From positions 40,416,001 to 40,480,000 of the forward strand of contig CP068257.2 in NCBI GenBank assembly GCA_009914755.4: a stretch of 64,000 nucleotides of DNA, read 5' to 3'. The stretch is from the human T2T-CHM13v2.0 reference genome, Homo sapiens. This document shows positions 1-13,815 of this stretch, piece after piece (positions within the stretch are counted from its first letter, which is position 1; the number at the start of each line of letters is the position of its first letter). The notes beneath the pieces are model-generated. The model had not been told where the DNA came from and did no database searches. It saw only the letters and a program-made list of their open reading frames with translations. A program made the translations under genes and the position numbers.

Positions 1-648
1 ATGACAAATTGGTGCCCTGGACATGTTCGTCACACAGCCAATGTCCCCGCTGTGCCAGATCCATTTTGAACGTAAGCTGGACTGTCTCACCCTGACAGAG
101 TTTTCCAGTCCTCTTCCTCCCAGGTTCTCAGTGTGGCCAGTCCAGACATCTGCCTTGCACCACTGCCTCCTGGTGACCCCTCCTCACGGGACAGCTGGAC
201 ACAACCTGCCTGACTCGCCCTCAGACCCCACACCCCACATGGACTGTGCAGACCTATGCCCCAGTGACCCTTCAGTCACAGTGTGACCCCACGGAGCTCT
301 TGCCTGCTTGCTCCAGACCCACCGATTAGAACTCCCGTGGTAAACCTGCTTGGCTAACTCCTTGGTCCCCATAAAGGTGTTGGCCCCTGGGTCTCCCTAT
401 CTTTCCCCCTGCCCGATGGTTGAGTGTGCATGTCCCCAGTGGCTCCCCACTCCCGTCAGCCCTGCGAGGTGGGCTGCCCTCTCCTCTCGCGGCCCTGGGA
501 GACATCAGCTGCTTCTGAGCTCATGAGCTCTGCAGCACCGCCTCCTGTGTCTCAGCCCAGCTCGCTCCTGGTCAGGGCTAGAATTTACAGCCACTCTCAA
601 GAGAGACCTCAGGCCAAATTAGAAAAAAATTAATATTTACAAAACAGC

Positions 649-806
649 ATGTGTGTATGTGTGTGTGGGGTGTGTGTGTGGAGGGCTGTGTGGTGTGTAT
701 GTGTGTACATGTGTATGTGTGTGGGGTGTGGTGTGTATGTGTCTGTGGTGTGGGGTATGTGTGTGGGGTGGAATGCGTATATGTGTATATGTACATACAT
801 ATACAC
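649..806. repeat. Imperfect GT-rich simple repeat ((TG)n interspersed with GGGG and GGAG).
   Basis: The low-complexity tract can be read directly. The overlapping ORFs (MCVCVC.. on plus, HTHTH.. on minus) are artefacts of it. Confidence 0.9.
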
Positions 807-813
807 GTTTAAA

Positions 814-1070
814 GGTCAAGCTGTTCTTTAATCAACCAGAAAGCGTAGGACACACATATTTCTTAGTTTTTTCCAAACTGAGATAGAGAAAGGAAGATGT
901 TTTTAAGTATGTATAAATTCGTATTCATTTTATGAAGAGAGAAGGAAAGGCCCGCTCTGCCAGTGCCCCATTACAGCCCATACACCCTGCAGGTGGCTGG
1001 GGCATGAGAAACGTTGGGTTGCCTCTGGGTGACAGGGGGCCTAGAGCCCTTGCATCTTGGCTGTGTGTGT
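814..1070 (+). repeat. Direct repeat R1, copy 1 (about 257 bp).
   Basis: It is about 93-95% identical to 2639-2895 (ggtcaagctgttctttaatcaaccagaaagcgtaggacacacatatttc...cccttgcatcttggctgtg). Both copies give ORFs that start MGCLWVTGGLEPLHLGC. Confidence 0.85.
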
Positions 1071-2072
1071 AGTGTAGGGTGTGTGGGGTGCGCGTATGTG
1101 TGGTGTGTGTATGTGTGTGTGGCGTGTGTGTGTGTTGTGTGTGTGCTATATGTTTGTGTGGGAAATGGGTGTGTGTGTGTAGGGTGTGTGTGTGGTGTGG
1201 AGTGTGTATGTGTGTGTGGGTATGTATGTGTGATGTGTGTATGGTGTGGGGTGTGTGTGGTGTAGGGTGTGTGTGTGTGGTGTGTGTGTAGGGTGTGTGT
1301 GTGTTGTGTGGTGTGTGTGTAGGGTGTGTATATATGGTGTGGGGTGTGTGTGGTGTGGGGTGTGTGTGTGTGGTGTGTGTGTAGGGTGTGTGTGTGTTGT
1401 GTGGTGTGTGTGTAGGGTGTGTATATATGGTGTGGGGTGTGTGTGGGGTGTGTGTGTGTATGTGTGGTGTGTGTGTGGTGTGTGGGTGTGTGTGGTGTGT
1501 GGTGCGTTCATGTGTATGTGTGGTGCATGTGTGTGAGGTGTGGTGTGTGTGGGTGTGTGATGTGGGGTGTGTCTGTGGTGTGTGTGTGTGGTGTGTGTGG
1601 TGTGTGTGTGGTGTGTGTGTAGGGTGTGTGTGTTGTGTGGGTTGTGTTGTGTGGGGTGTGTGTGCGGTATATGTGTGTGTATGTGTGGCATGTGTGTGGT
1701 TTTATTTGTGTGTGTGGTGTGTGTGTGTGGTGTGGGGTGTGTGTGTGGTGTGGAGTGTGTGGTTGTGGTGTGTGTGTAGGGTGTGTGTGTTGTGTGGGGT
1801 GTGTGTGTGTGGCATCTGTGTGGTTTTTTTGTGTGTGTGATGTGTGGTGTGTGTGTGGTGTGGGGGGTGTGTGTGGTGTATTTAGGGTGTGTGTGTTGTG
1901 TGGGGTGTGTTATGCGGGGGGTGTGGGGGTATATGTGTGTGTATGTGTGGCGTGTGTGTGGTTTTGTGTGTGCGATTATGGTGTGTGCATGTGTGTTTGT
2001 GGTGTGTGTGTGGTGTGATGTGGCATATGTTGTGTGTTGTGTGGTGTGTGTGTGGGGGGTGTGTCACACGTA
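1063..2072. repeat. About 1-kb compound GT-rich minisatellite or microsatellite with higher-order periodicity of roughly 87 bp.
   Basis: The tract is continuous TG/TGG/TGGGG. Blocks such as gtgtagggtgtgtgtgtgttgtgtggtgtgtgtgtagggtgtgtatatatggtgtggggtgtgtgtggtgtgg recur at about 1258, 1345 and 1620. The many CV-rich and HT-rich ORFs here are artefacts. Confidence 0.9.
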
Positions 2073-2638
2073 TATTGGAATCTGAACCAGGTGCTGTTTG
2101 TCATCACTCTGCCTCTGTACTTTGCTGAAGCAGCCCACATGGACGATGGGGCCCTTCCCAGTGCTGCAGAGTCTTGAGCTAAGAGTTTACGTATTCCAAG
2201 ACAACGCACATGGGACATGGGACTTCCTCCCCCGTGCTCCTCCTGTCCTCCGCCTCCTTGATGAGCTGGACGTGCGGGGAGACCCCAGACCTGGCGCATG
2301 GCTGGTTTTGCTCTGTGCCTGCACAGACCGGAGATGCCCTTGGTGACGCCGTCTGCTCCTCCCGTGCTTTCAGACACAGTGAGCGCCCTGTACCCAAGTG
2401 TGTGTCACGCAGGGGTGCTGGGGTCCCTTTCGTCTCTATTCCCCATTAAACATCTTTCACCATTTTAACATGCAGGCATTTAGAAACTCTTTTTTCATAT
2501 AATAATTGTCTGAGCTCAGAAAAGCCAGCAGCGTTACTCACTGTCACCGAAGTCCAGATGGTATTTTTATTCTGTGCTCAAATTGGCTTCCTCATTTCTT
2601 TCCAGGCCCTGTAAGCAGCTTAAAATTTCCATTTTCCA

Positions 2639-2895
2639 GGTCAAGCTGTTCTTTAATCAACCAGAAAGCGTAGGACACACATATTTCTTAGTTTTTTCCA
2701 AACTGAGATAGAGAAAGGAAGATGTTTTTAAATACGTATAAATTCATATTTGTTTTATGAGGAGGGAAGGAAAGGCCCGCTCTGCCAGTGCCCCATTACA
2801 GCCCATACACCCTGCAGGTGGCTGGGGCATGAGAAGCGTTGGGTTGCCTCTGGGTGACAGGGGGCCTAGAGCCCTTGCATCTTGGCTGTGACCGT
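2639..2895 (+). repeat. Direct repeat R1, copy 2.
   Basis: It matches 814-1070. It is followed directly by R2 copy 1. Confidence 0.85.
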
Positions 2896-3140
2896 GGCCT
2901 TCGATCGAGCACAGTGGGTGAGGGCCTTCTGAATAAGAAGGGCACCGCCACACCCTGTGGGGCCGATGAGCAAGTCAGTTCCTCTAACACAAACTCTGCA
3001 TTCCTTGTGGCTCCCCAAAAAGGTCAGAGGACTTAGGAGATGGAGAGGAACCAGGAGGTCTTCTAGTTCAACTTGCTCACTTTTCAGATGCAGAGTTCAG
3101 TTCACCGAGGCTGGGGCAGCATCAGGATCAGAACCCAGAC
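2896..3140 (+). repeat. Local duplication R2, copy 1 (about 250 bp).
   Basis: It is about 85% identical to 3838-4100 (gaccgtggccttcgatcgagcacagtg..ttttcagatgcagag..caccgaggctggggcagcatcaggatcagaac.cagaccctttgacccc). It could be either a dispersed-repeat family or a local duplication. Confidence 0.7.
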
Positions 3141-3837
3141 CCTTTGACCCCAGGGCTCTTTGCCCGCAGCATAGGGAGGCTGGAGAGGGCCCTCTGCCTG
3201 TCCCCAGTCTTGGGAAAGTCCTTCTCTGTGCGGCGGTGAAATACTCAAAGAGAGGTGAAGGCGGGGCCTCTCTGGGAAGGTGACCTGGGGTAAGGAGCCT
3301 GGGTTGCAAGTCTCTGGGAGTCAGCGGGACCCTGCTGTGCCCTTGGCTTTTCCTCTATGGCCCTTCTCTAGCTCAGGAACTCTACTATGCTGTTCCTGGT
3401 GCCACCTGTCCCAGAGGTTGTGAGCCAGTACCGTGTTCTCTGCCCTCAAATATGACTTCCATCTGTTTCCTCCTCAGTATTTACAATGCAGACAGAGATT
3501 GCCTGATTCTGTGTTGCCGCCCTTCCACTCTAGGCTGCCTGGGTCAGCTGCGTGTCTGTTTCTGTAGATTTGGAGGGGCCTCATCCTGGGCTGGCTTTGC
3601 ATAACGAGAACAAACAAGAGCTGTCCAAACTGCTGTGGAACCAACTTTCCTTTCCTTGAGAGGAAGCTGGAATTCAAGGTGCTGAGTGAACCTACTTCCA
3701 GACAGGTGGTCCTAAATGGGAAGTGTTGCATGGATCTCAGAAAATGACAGTCCCTAAAATAAGTCCATTTGTTTTTCCAAAATCACCAAAAACCTGGGAG
3801 TGGAACGCAGTCACCTTTGAGACACAGCTTGACAGTG

Positions 3838-4100
3838 ACTGTGGCCTTTGATTGAGCACAGTGAGGGACAGACTTTTGATTAAGAAGGGCACCACCACAC
3901 CCTACAAGGCTGATGGGCAAGTCAGTTCCTCTAAGGCAAACTCTCCTTTCCTTGTGGCTCGAAAAAAGCCGGAGGACTTTGGAGATGGAGAAGAACCAGG
4001 AGGTCTTCTAGGTCAATTTGCTCACTTTTCAGATGCAGAGCTTAGCTCACCGAGGCTGGGGCAGCATCAGGATCAGAACTCAGACCCTTTGACCCCAGAC
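3838..4100 (+). repeat. Local duplication R2, copy 2.
   Basis: It matches 2896-3140. Confidence 0.7.
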
Positions 4101-4309
4101 AGGTAGTCCTGAGATTATTATAAGCTCCGTTTATTACAACTTCTGGGAGCCAATCATTTGAAGCAGAAGGTAATGTTTCCTGCTCTGGTGAAATGAAGAC
4201 TAGTTGAAGAAACAGTTTGCAGAAATATTGAAGTGTAGCTCCATTCAGCTCTGTCTTAAATAGTGTTTGTGGCAGCAGTCAGGCCTTGAGGGGTGTTAAG
4301 GGCTGAATT

Positions 4310-4672
4310 GCATCCACCCCAAACTCATATGTTAAAGTCCGAACCCCCAATACCTCCTGATGTGACTCTATTTGGAGGTAGAGTCTTTAAGTGAGTGAAT
4401 AAATCAGATTCACTAGTGTGGGCCCTAATTCAATCTGACTGTGCCCTTATCGAAAGAGGAGATGAGGACACAGACACTCACAGAGGGACGGCCACGTAAG
4501 GACATGGAGAAGTCACCATCTGCAAGCCAAGGAGAGAGGCCTCCTGGGGAACCAACCCTGCCGATGCCTTGATCTTGGACTTCCAGCCCCCAGAACTGTT
4601 ATGAAATAAATGTCTGTCATTTAAAGCCACCCAGTCTGTGGTATCTTGTTATGGAAGCCCTAGTAAATTGAT
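4310..4672 (+). mobile_element. MaLR-type LTR (MLT1-like).
   Basis: It shows the characteristic motifs tgtgactctatttggag..gtgggccctaat.caat.tgactg..cttat.aaagaggag..gacacagacac..ccagcccccagaactgt...aaataaatgtctgt..tttaaagccacccagtctgtggtat.ttgttatgg. The subfamily is assigned by recollection only. Confidence 0.6.
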
Positions 4673-6794
4673 GCAAGGGACAAGGCAGTCAGAAGTGGCA
4701 TTCGACTTCCAATTAGAAGTCTTACAAATGCTGTAGGCTCCAAGCCCAGGGTCAAGGTGGGAGGCTGTGTGCACTCGGGAAGTGCTAAATAAACGCCTGG
4801 TCACTACTGATTGGTCCACACATGGGGCCGTGGGTGCAGAAACTGCTGTTGTTTTTAGCAACACCCTCATAGACCTAGGAAACAATGCCATCATCACCAA
4901 CTACAACTCTGCCTCTCTTCACATGTTAACTTTGTAAATAGAGGAAGATAACTTTGATAATGATGGCCTATAAGGACTTTCTTTTGAACAGGATAAATCT
5001 CTGTGGCAGAGATCACTGGTTGCCACCCCCACATCCACCCTCCACCTTCCCTTCCTTCTTAGCAACAGAACTCTGCTTTATCTGGAGTGTTTAATGTGCC
5101 CAGCTAAAAGACCACTTTTCCCAGCCTCTTGTTCCTTTTGGCCCTCATATGATGTTCTGCCAAAAATATGTCCACGGAAATGTGCTGTGGGGATTCTGGG
5201 AAGTCTTCGTCAAGGGGAGGGGATATTTCTCTTGGATCCCTCTGCTTCTTTCCCTCTGTTGCCTGGAATATGTATGTCATAGCTGGTGCTCCAGCAGCCA
5301 TATTGTTCCTTGAGTTGCCTCTGAGAAGGGAAGCCACATGTGGTAGAACACAAAACCAGGAGCAGCCTGGGAGTCTGGTGGCTTCCATATTTTCCCTGAA
5401 ACACCTGCTTTCACACTCGTTTTATGTATGAGAATGAAACCTTTCTGTGTTTAAGCCACCACAGTAAGAGCTTTGCTACATCCAGCTGAGCATAATCCTA
5501 ACATTTTCTGTGGTTCAAGATGAATGAAGGCATCTTAGTCCAAAGAGGTTAAAAAAAGTACCTGAGTGTACATTTGGTGACTAGAAACGCCTCCCTCTTT
5601 TCTGGCCCTGAAGGGATGTGAGAACCTCTGGGTTACATGAATCTGGTGCACTCAGATACATGGTGTGTCCTTCTTGTTCCCAGATTGACGACTCTGCTTT
5701 CTCTTGGTCCGTGATGGAAGAGGAAGCCCGAACGCACGCCTCTATCAGCAACTCTGCAGCACCGCACTTGCCACTCGGAGAAAATGCTTTGAAAGCCCAG
5801 ACAGCCACATACCATTAGAAACAGGTAAGAGGGCTGCAGCTGGCAAAGACAATGCGTAGCTTTTTCCTTTCTTTTCACTTGTGTTTTCTTTTCTTGGCTT
5901 TAGCTTGATCTTAATCCATGTTAGCATTTCCATGTGTTTTCTCTGTAAAAGGAGCGACTTTGGAGCTTTGCAGATTGGAAAAATAAGTAGGGTGAAGGAA
6001 GGGTGAGACCTGGGTGAGCCCAGACCCGGGGGTCCAGGATCCAGGCCCTCAGCATGGACTGCCCATCCCCCAGGCAGGTACAAGCCCGGGGTTGGGGATT
6101 GGGTTCATGGAAGAGACCCTGAAGACACCCTGGAGAAGCAGCTGTGTGGTGCCTGGCAGCCACAGTGCAGAGACAAACTGCAGGAAACAATGGGGAACCT
6201 GGCCCAGTTACAAATGGGATCCGTGGGCACAAACAAGGGCAGAGCCCAGCAAGGAGGCAGCGAGCACTCTGGAAATAGCATTGTTGGCTGATTGAAGGTG
6301 TTTGTGGTTGAACCAGGTGGCCTATTTCAAAATAGCAACCTGACCAGGCGCAACTGGGCTCTCCTTCTTTCCTTACAGATGTTGTGAGGACCTAGAGGCG
6401 GGGCCAATCCAGTCACTTCCAGAGGCTGCTCTGGTCCATGCCCCAAGGGCAGGAGTTTAAGAGGTGGTCCCAGGAGGCAGTCCTTGGTCTCAGTCTGGCC
6501 TTTTGGGGTCCCTGCACTGGCTGAGGCTCAACACTGCAGGGGAAGGCTGACTCCATCTCCAGCCATCCTGGAATTTCCCTTCATATGCAGCCCATGACAA
6601 GCTGGACCCCACAACTCTCTGGAGTTCTGGCCCATGTTGGAGGTGCCACGCTGTCCTCAGAGGGGCTCAGACAGAGGAGCCTGCCTTTGAGGGAAGCAGG
6701 TACAAGCCCACCTCATTGCAGCCTCTTCTCTGCTGCTGTGTTTTTACCTACACTGCTCCAGACTTGGCCTTTGAAAGCTCATGTTGAAACATAG

Positions 6795-7217
<423 letters not shown>

Positions 7218-7890
7218 TGAAGACCCAGAAACCCCTCTGCCCTGCAGAAGGCCCCCTCTGGCCCAAGGTCTGTCTCATCTTGGCTTTAGATCAGGGTTCC
7301 CCTGGGAGCTTTCCAAAAGCCCAGTGCCAGGCCGCACCCCAGGCCACTCTGGTCCGTTCTCCTGGGGAGGGTGTGGGTGCTCCCCACCATCCCAGTGTTT
7401 GCCGGGGCTGAGGGTTGTTGCCAGATGTGGACACAGGGCACAGCCAGGGGCAGGTGGGTGCTGGAGCAAGGCCCTGCTGTCAGCTCAGGAAGCCTGACCT
7501 TTTGAGGGGCCCAGCCTTGCCAAGGGCAAGTGAGCTTCAGCCTCTGAAACTCAGGTTGCTGTGGCTCAGGCTGCAGTTAGAGACCTGGGCAAGCATGGGT
7601 CTTCACTGATTAGCAGCCTTGGGCACATCCTTGCTCTGAGCTATAGGGCCCTCCTGTGTACCCAGGGATGACAGCAGCCCCTTGCAGGCTCACTGTAAAG
7701 GTGGAGGCAAGAGCACTGGGGACCTTGCACAGTACTGGACCCACACCGCCCTGAGTCTCTTCCACTTGAACAATATGCACACTCAGATCTGGACGCTCCC
7801 TAGGCTGGCCTCCTCCTTTATCTGCTGATCTTCTGACAGACTTCCCTAGCTCCTAAAGTATGTTTTCTCCTTCTTCTTCAAGAGATTTTT

Positions 7891-8644
<754 letters not shown>

Positions 8645-9676
8645 TCTTCTCTGCTTTTTTCCCCTTCCACTGACATTTCACATTTCCTCAACCTGGCCTT
8701 TCTGCTTTCTTTAGGTCCTTCCCCCACTCTATGCTCTGTCCAGGTGAAGTTGTGGGTTAATTATAATAATAACCCTCTGTTTTGTCGCTATTTCCTCCCA
8801 GGGTGTTCTCTAATCAGCAGAACTTTTCTTCCTCTGGTTCTAAACCTTGGGCTAATCTGACCATGGTTTTCTGAGTGGTTTGGTCTGTGGACACTGAAAT
8901 CCCCTCTTGCTTGGCTGGGTCAGTTCACTGAGTACCCTGCCCATGGTTCCCTCTTGTCCTCCTAACCCCAGGGGGCCTTTGACAGCCCAGGCAGACAAGT
9001 CAATGCAGCGTGTGCTGGTGTGTGCATGTATGTGTGATGCGTATGCACGTGCATGCATCATAGTCTGTAATTTACACACAGTGAGTTGCTTCTCCCCTTC
9101 CGCTGGTCGTTGTTTCCTTCATTCCCTTGGGCCTGATGTTGCACAGTTGCTTGGTGGAATTCCCGCTCATTTCCCAGTGAGAGAGCAGAAGAAGTAATCA
9201 ATTGATCTCCGTGGGATTTGGTCTAAGTGAAGAAAGCACAAGTGAGAATTTTACATCACCCTTTGGGGAAAGGTTTTGGTCCAAGAATTTTATAATGACC
9301 GTGTTTGGGTGTGGATATTGTGCCCAGCAATGGGAAAACATGATGTTTTGATGAGGGGTTACGAAAACTGATTGTTGGATGTGTAGACACTAGCATTCAT
9401 GAATTGCCAGATTCCATGGTACGGTGACAGAAGGACCTTACCATCTTGGTTTAAGTGAAACACAGTGTATTAGTTCATTTTCACATTGCTGATAAAGACA
9501 TACCTGAGGCTGAGCAATTTACAAAAGAAAGGGGTTTCACTAGACTGACAGTTCCACGTGGCTGAGGAGGCTTCATAATCATGGCAGAAGGCAAGGAGGA
9601 GCAAGTCATATCTTACGTGGTTGGTGGCAGCAAAGCGAGAGCTTGTGCAGAGAAACTCCCATTTTTAAAACCGTCA

Positions 9677-9958
<282 letters not shown>

Positions 9959-9960
9959 CA

Positions 9961-10190
<230 letters not shown>

Positions 10191-10794
10191 ATCAGATCTT
10201 GTGAGACTCATTCACTATCAGGAGAACAGCACAGGAAAGACATGCCCCCATGATTCAATCATCTCCCACTGGGTTGCTTCCACAACATGTGGGAATTATG
10301 GGAGCTACAAGATGAGATTTGGGTGGGGACACAGAGCCAAACCATATCACATAGTCACGGGGCTGTGGAGGCCCAGGGTGGCTGCCTTCAACCCCACCGG
10401 GGCTGCTAGACACCCTCCTCCAGGATTTGAACTGATGCCCAGCACGATCGGGGGCAGGACCTGGGTGCAGCTTCCCCCACTCTTGTGCACGTCCTTAGAT
10501 AGTATGTGAAGCAAGGCGCTAGCCACAGGCTCCAAGAGTTGAGAGTGCTGGGGTGCCTCATCAGGAACTGTGGTGCCCCTGCAGCTCCTTTCTAGGAAGG
10601 CAGAGAAGGCACTCATGTCAGCACCTTTCAGCTGGTGTCAGGTCAGACAAAGGCACTGTCTCCACTGCAAACAAACACAATTCTTTTTTGATGAATCAGA
10701 AGTCAAGAAACCAGGCCTGCAACACAGTAGTGAAGAGGTAGAAACAATCCAAAAGTCCAATAACAGATGCATGGGTAGGCAAAATGCAGGACGT

Positions 10795-12215
10795 CCATAG
10801 AGTGAAATAGTATTCAGCCATGAAAAGGAATGGAGTACAGGTACATGCTACAGCATGGGTGAACCTTGGAAAAATTGTGCTAACGGCAAAAGAAACTATC
10901 ATCAGAGTAAACAGACAACCTACAGAATGGAAGAAAATTTTTGCAAGCTACCCATCTGACAAAAGTCAAATATCCATAATCTAGAAGGAACTTAAGCAAA
11001 CTTACAAGAAAAAAACAAACAACCCCATCAAAAAGTGGGCAAAGGATATGAACAGACACCTCTCAAAAGAAGACATTTATGTAGCAAACAAACATATGAA
11101 AAACAACTCATCATCACTGGTCATTAGAGAGATGCAAATTGAAACCACAATGAGATACCATCTCATGCCAGTTAGAATGGTGATTATTAAAAAGTTAGGA
11201 AACAACAGGTGCTGGCGAGGCTGTGGAGAAATAGGAACACTTTTACACTGTTGGTGGGAATGTAAATTAGTTCAACCATTGTGGAAAACAGTGTGGAGAT
11301 TTCTCAAGGATCTAGAACCAGAAATATCATTTGACCCAGCAATTCCATTACTGGGTATATACTCAAAGGATTATAAATCATTCTACTATAAAGACACATG
11401 CACACATATGTTTATGGCAGCACTATTTACAATAGCAAAGACTTGGAACCAACCCAAATGCCCATTAATGATAGACTGGATAAAGAAAATGTGGCACATA
11501 TACACCACGGAATACTATATAGCCATAAAAAAGAATGAGTTCATGTCCTTTGCAGGGACATGGATGAAGGTGGAAGCCATCTTTCTCAGCAAATCAGCAC
11601 AGGAACAGAAAACCAGACACCGCATATTCTCACTCATAAATGGGAGTTGAACAATGAGAACACGTGGGCACAGGAGGGGAACATCACACACTGGGGCCTG
11701 TTGTAAGGTGGGGGGAAGGGGAGGGAGAGCATTAGGACAAATACCTAATGCATGTGGGGCTTAAAACCTAGATGACAGGTTGATAGGTGCAGCAAACCAC
11801 CATGTCACATGTATACCTATGTAACAAACCTGCATGTTCTGCACTCGTAACCCGGAACTTTAAGTAAAATAAAAAAAATTAAATTAAAAAAGAAAAGAAA
11901 ATATTGGGCTAAGTAAAAGAAACAGATACAGAAGACCCAAAATTGTATGGCTCAATTTACATGACACGTCCAGAATATGCAAATTCGTGGAAACAGAAAG
12001 CAGATAAGTGGTTGCTTAGGGCGCAGGGTGACAAGGAGATTAGGAGGATTGAGGAAGTGACAGCTAAAGGGGCTTCTTTTTGGGGGTGATGAAAATGTTA
12101 TAAAATGGACGGCGGGGATGGTCACACAACTCCATGCTAAAAAGTGAATTGTACACTTTAAATGGGTGAATTGAATAGCATGTGCGGTATATCGCAATAA
12201 AGCCATTACAACAGA
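10795..12215 (+). mobile_element. Older L1 (L1M/L1P-type) 3'UTR fragment. It is split by a nested younger L1.
   Basis: Part a (10795-10885) reads atagtattcagccatgaaaaggaatgg..gaaccttggaaaaattgtgctaa. Part b (11897-12215) reads gctaagtaaaagaaacagatacagaag..ggttgcttagggcgcagggtg..aatgttataaaatggacggcgggg..gtacactttaaatggg. Both are typical of ancient L1 3' ends. Confidence 0.6.
10886..11896 (+). mobile_element. 5'-truncated L1 (L1PA-like): end of ORF2, 3'UTR and A-rich tail. It is inserted into the older L1.
   Basis: The 200-aa ORF at 11048-11650 is the L1 ORF2 C-terminus (..[80 protein letters not shown]). It is followed by the canonical 3'UTR (gggaacatcacacactggggcctgttg..acctaatg...tgtaacaaacctgcatgt) and an A-rich tail. 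Flanking imperfect TSDs read gaaaaattgtgctaa and gaaaatattgggctaag. Confidence 0.85.
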
Positions 12216-13465
12216 AAGAATCAAGGAACAAACAAAAGTGGCAGGGTTGGGAGGACGGGTCTGGAGGTAGCAGGGAGGGTCACAGTCCCCAGGGCCCAAC
12301 TGGGAGCTCTCCTGTTCCCCGGAAGACATGCTGCCACGGCCCCTCCCACCAGTTGTCACTTAATCTCAGGAAGAGTCTGCCACAAATGCCCCGTTGCAGC
12401 GGCTCTTCCCAGCAGAAGGGGAGAAAAAGAGGCCCGAGTCCCCGGGAGCTGATCAAAGGTCTGAGCTGTGCTGGCAGTGACCATTGTGCAACTGAACAAA
12501 TGCGTGGCAGGAATATAAACAGACTCCACCTTTCAGCATCGAGCTTGGTTAGGAACATGGCTTGACAGCCAGCTTCGTCTTCCTAAGCCGATGTTAAACT
12601 CCATCCATCACTTTCATTCTTTGCATGAATCTTGTTCTTTCTATTTGGAGCCATGTACTCTGGGTCTTAGAGAATGGAAACAGGCCCGAAAGCCTGTCAG
12701 ATGCACTTAGGATAAATGAGAAGTCATTCCTTTCGCCATGGCGTTAGGAAGATGACGGTGACCCTGCCGGTAGAGATGGCCTTCCAGAGTGTATTGCCTG
12801 AATCCTGCCTATATCCAAGCTGGTGAACCCTGGCTGCCTGCCGGCTGAATGATGGGGTCGTTCTCAATTCCACCCAGCTCCTAGCTTGCTGTTCTTTTCC
12901 TTCCCATTGGCCTGTGGCTCTCCCTTCCTTGGGTCCCCGGCCCCTGCCCTCAGCCCCACAATCCCGGAGCTGCATTCAAGCCCCTCACGGCCTTCTACAC
13001 TCTGACGTCTTGAGAACAAGCACACAAATGACTGTTCATTCTGTGGTAGACTGAATAAAGGCCCCCCAAGATGTCTGCATCCTCATCCCCAGATATGTGA
13101 CCCCAGAAGGCAAAGGCACTTGGGAGAGGTGACTAAGTGAAGGATCTTGAGCTGGAGAGATTTTCCTGGATATCCAGGTGGGCCCCAAATGTCATCACAA
13201 GGGTCCATGCAGGGAAAGAAGGAGGGCAGGAGGGTCATTGAAGGAAGTGGAGATCAGAGCTGGAGAGAAGTTTGAAGAGGCTGGCTGCCCTCTGGCCTTG
13301 AAGATGGAGGAGGGGCCACGAGCCAAGGGATGCAGGCAGCGTCTAGGAGCCAAAAAAGCAGGAAACGGATCCTCCCCTGAAACTCCAAAAGGAACACGGC
13401 GCTGCTGACACCTTGATTTTAGACTTCTGACATCGGGAACTGCAGGGTAACATGTTATTCTGCCT

Positions 13466-13815
13466 GGGCTGCTGTAACAAAACACCATAGACTGGGCAGT
13501 TTATAAACAACAGATGTTCATTTCTCACAGTTCTGGAGGCTGGGAAGTCTGAGATCAAGGCGCTGGCAGATTTAATGTCTGGCGAGGGCCACTTCCTGGT
13601 TTATAGCTGGCATCTTCTCACTGTGTCCCCACATGGTGGAGGGGGTGAAAAGTCTCTTTCTAGGGTCCCTTTTATAAGGGCATTAATGCCGTTCATGAGA
13701 GCCTCATCCCTATGAACTAATCACCTCCCAAAGGCTCCATCTCCTAATACCAGCACCTTGGGGGTTAAGATTTCAACACGTGAATTTGGGTGGGACACAC
13801 TCAGTCTGTAGCAGG
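13466..13815 (+). mobile_element. MaLR/ERVL-type LTR, family copy 1 of 5.
   Basis: It opens gctgctgtaacaaa..cacagactggg..gtttataaacaacag..cacagttctggaggctgggaagtc.gagatcaaggcgctggc. It ends ..tataagggcattaat.c..tcatgagag..cccaaaggc.ccatctcctaata..ggggttaagatttcaacacgtgaatttgg. The same consensus-like element recurs at 35183, 37167, 48366 and 61764. Confidence 0.65.

Noticed and set aside
1-66. The window opens with ATG ACA AAT TGG TGC CCT GGA..., which reads M T N W C P G H V R H T A N V P A V P D P F. NWC is the classic start of an EMI domain, and this sits intriguingly upstream of an EMI-domain gene.
   Set aside because: The frame hits TGA after 22 codons. No further cysteines or a CC-x-G-[YW] motif follow. 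No usable splice donor rescues it. I treat it as coincidence, or at best a dead fragment.
640-2130. Dozens of overlapping ORFs of 60-180 aa on both strands (MCVCVCGVCVW..., HTHTHHTPHT...).
   Set aside because: They are translations of the GT/AC minisatellite. Their composition is purely Cys/Val/Gly or His/Thr/Pro, and they have no start or stop context. They are artefacts of low complexity.
11048-11650. A 200-aa ORF with a clear protein match, the L1 ORF2 C-terminus.
   Set aside because: This is not a host gene. It is the tail of a 5'-truncated L1 with no ORF1, no endonuclease or reverse-transcriptase part and no promoter. It is annotated as a mobile-element fragment instead.
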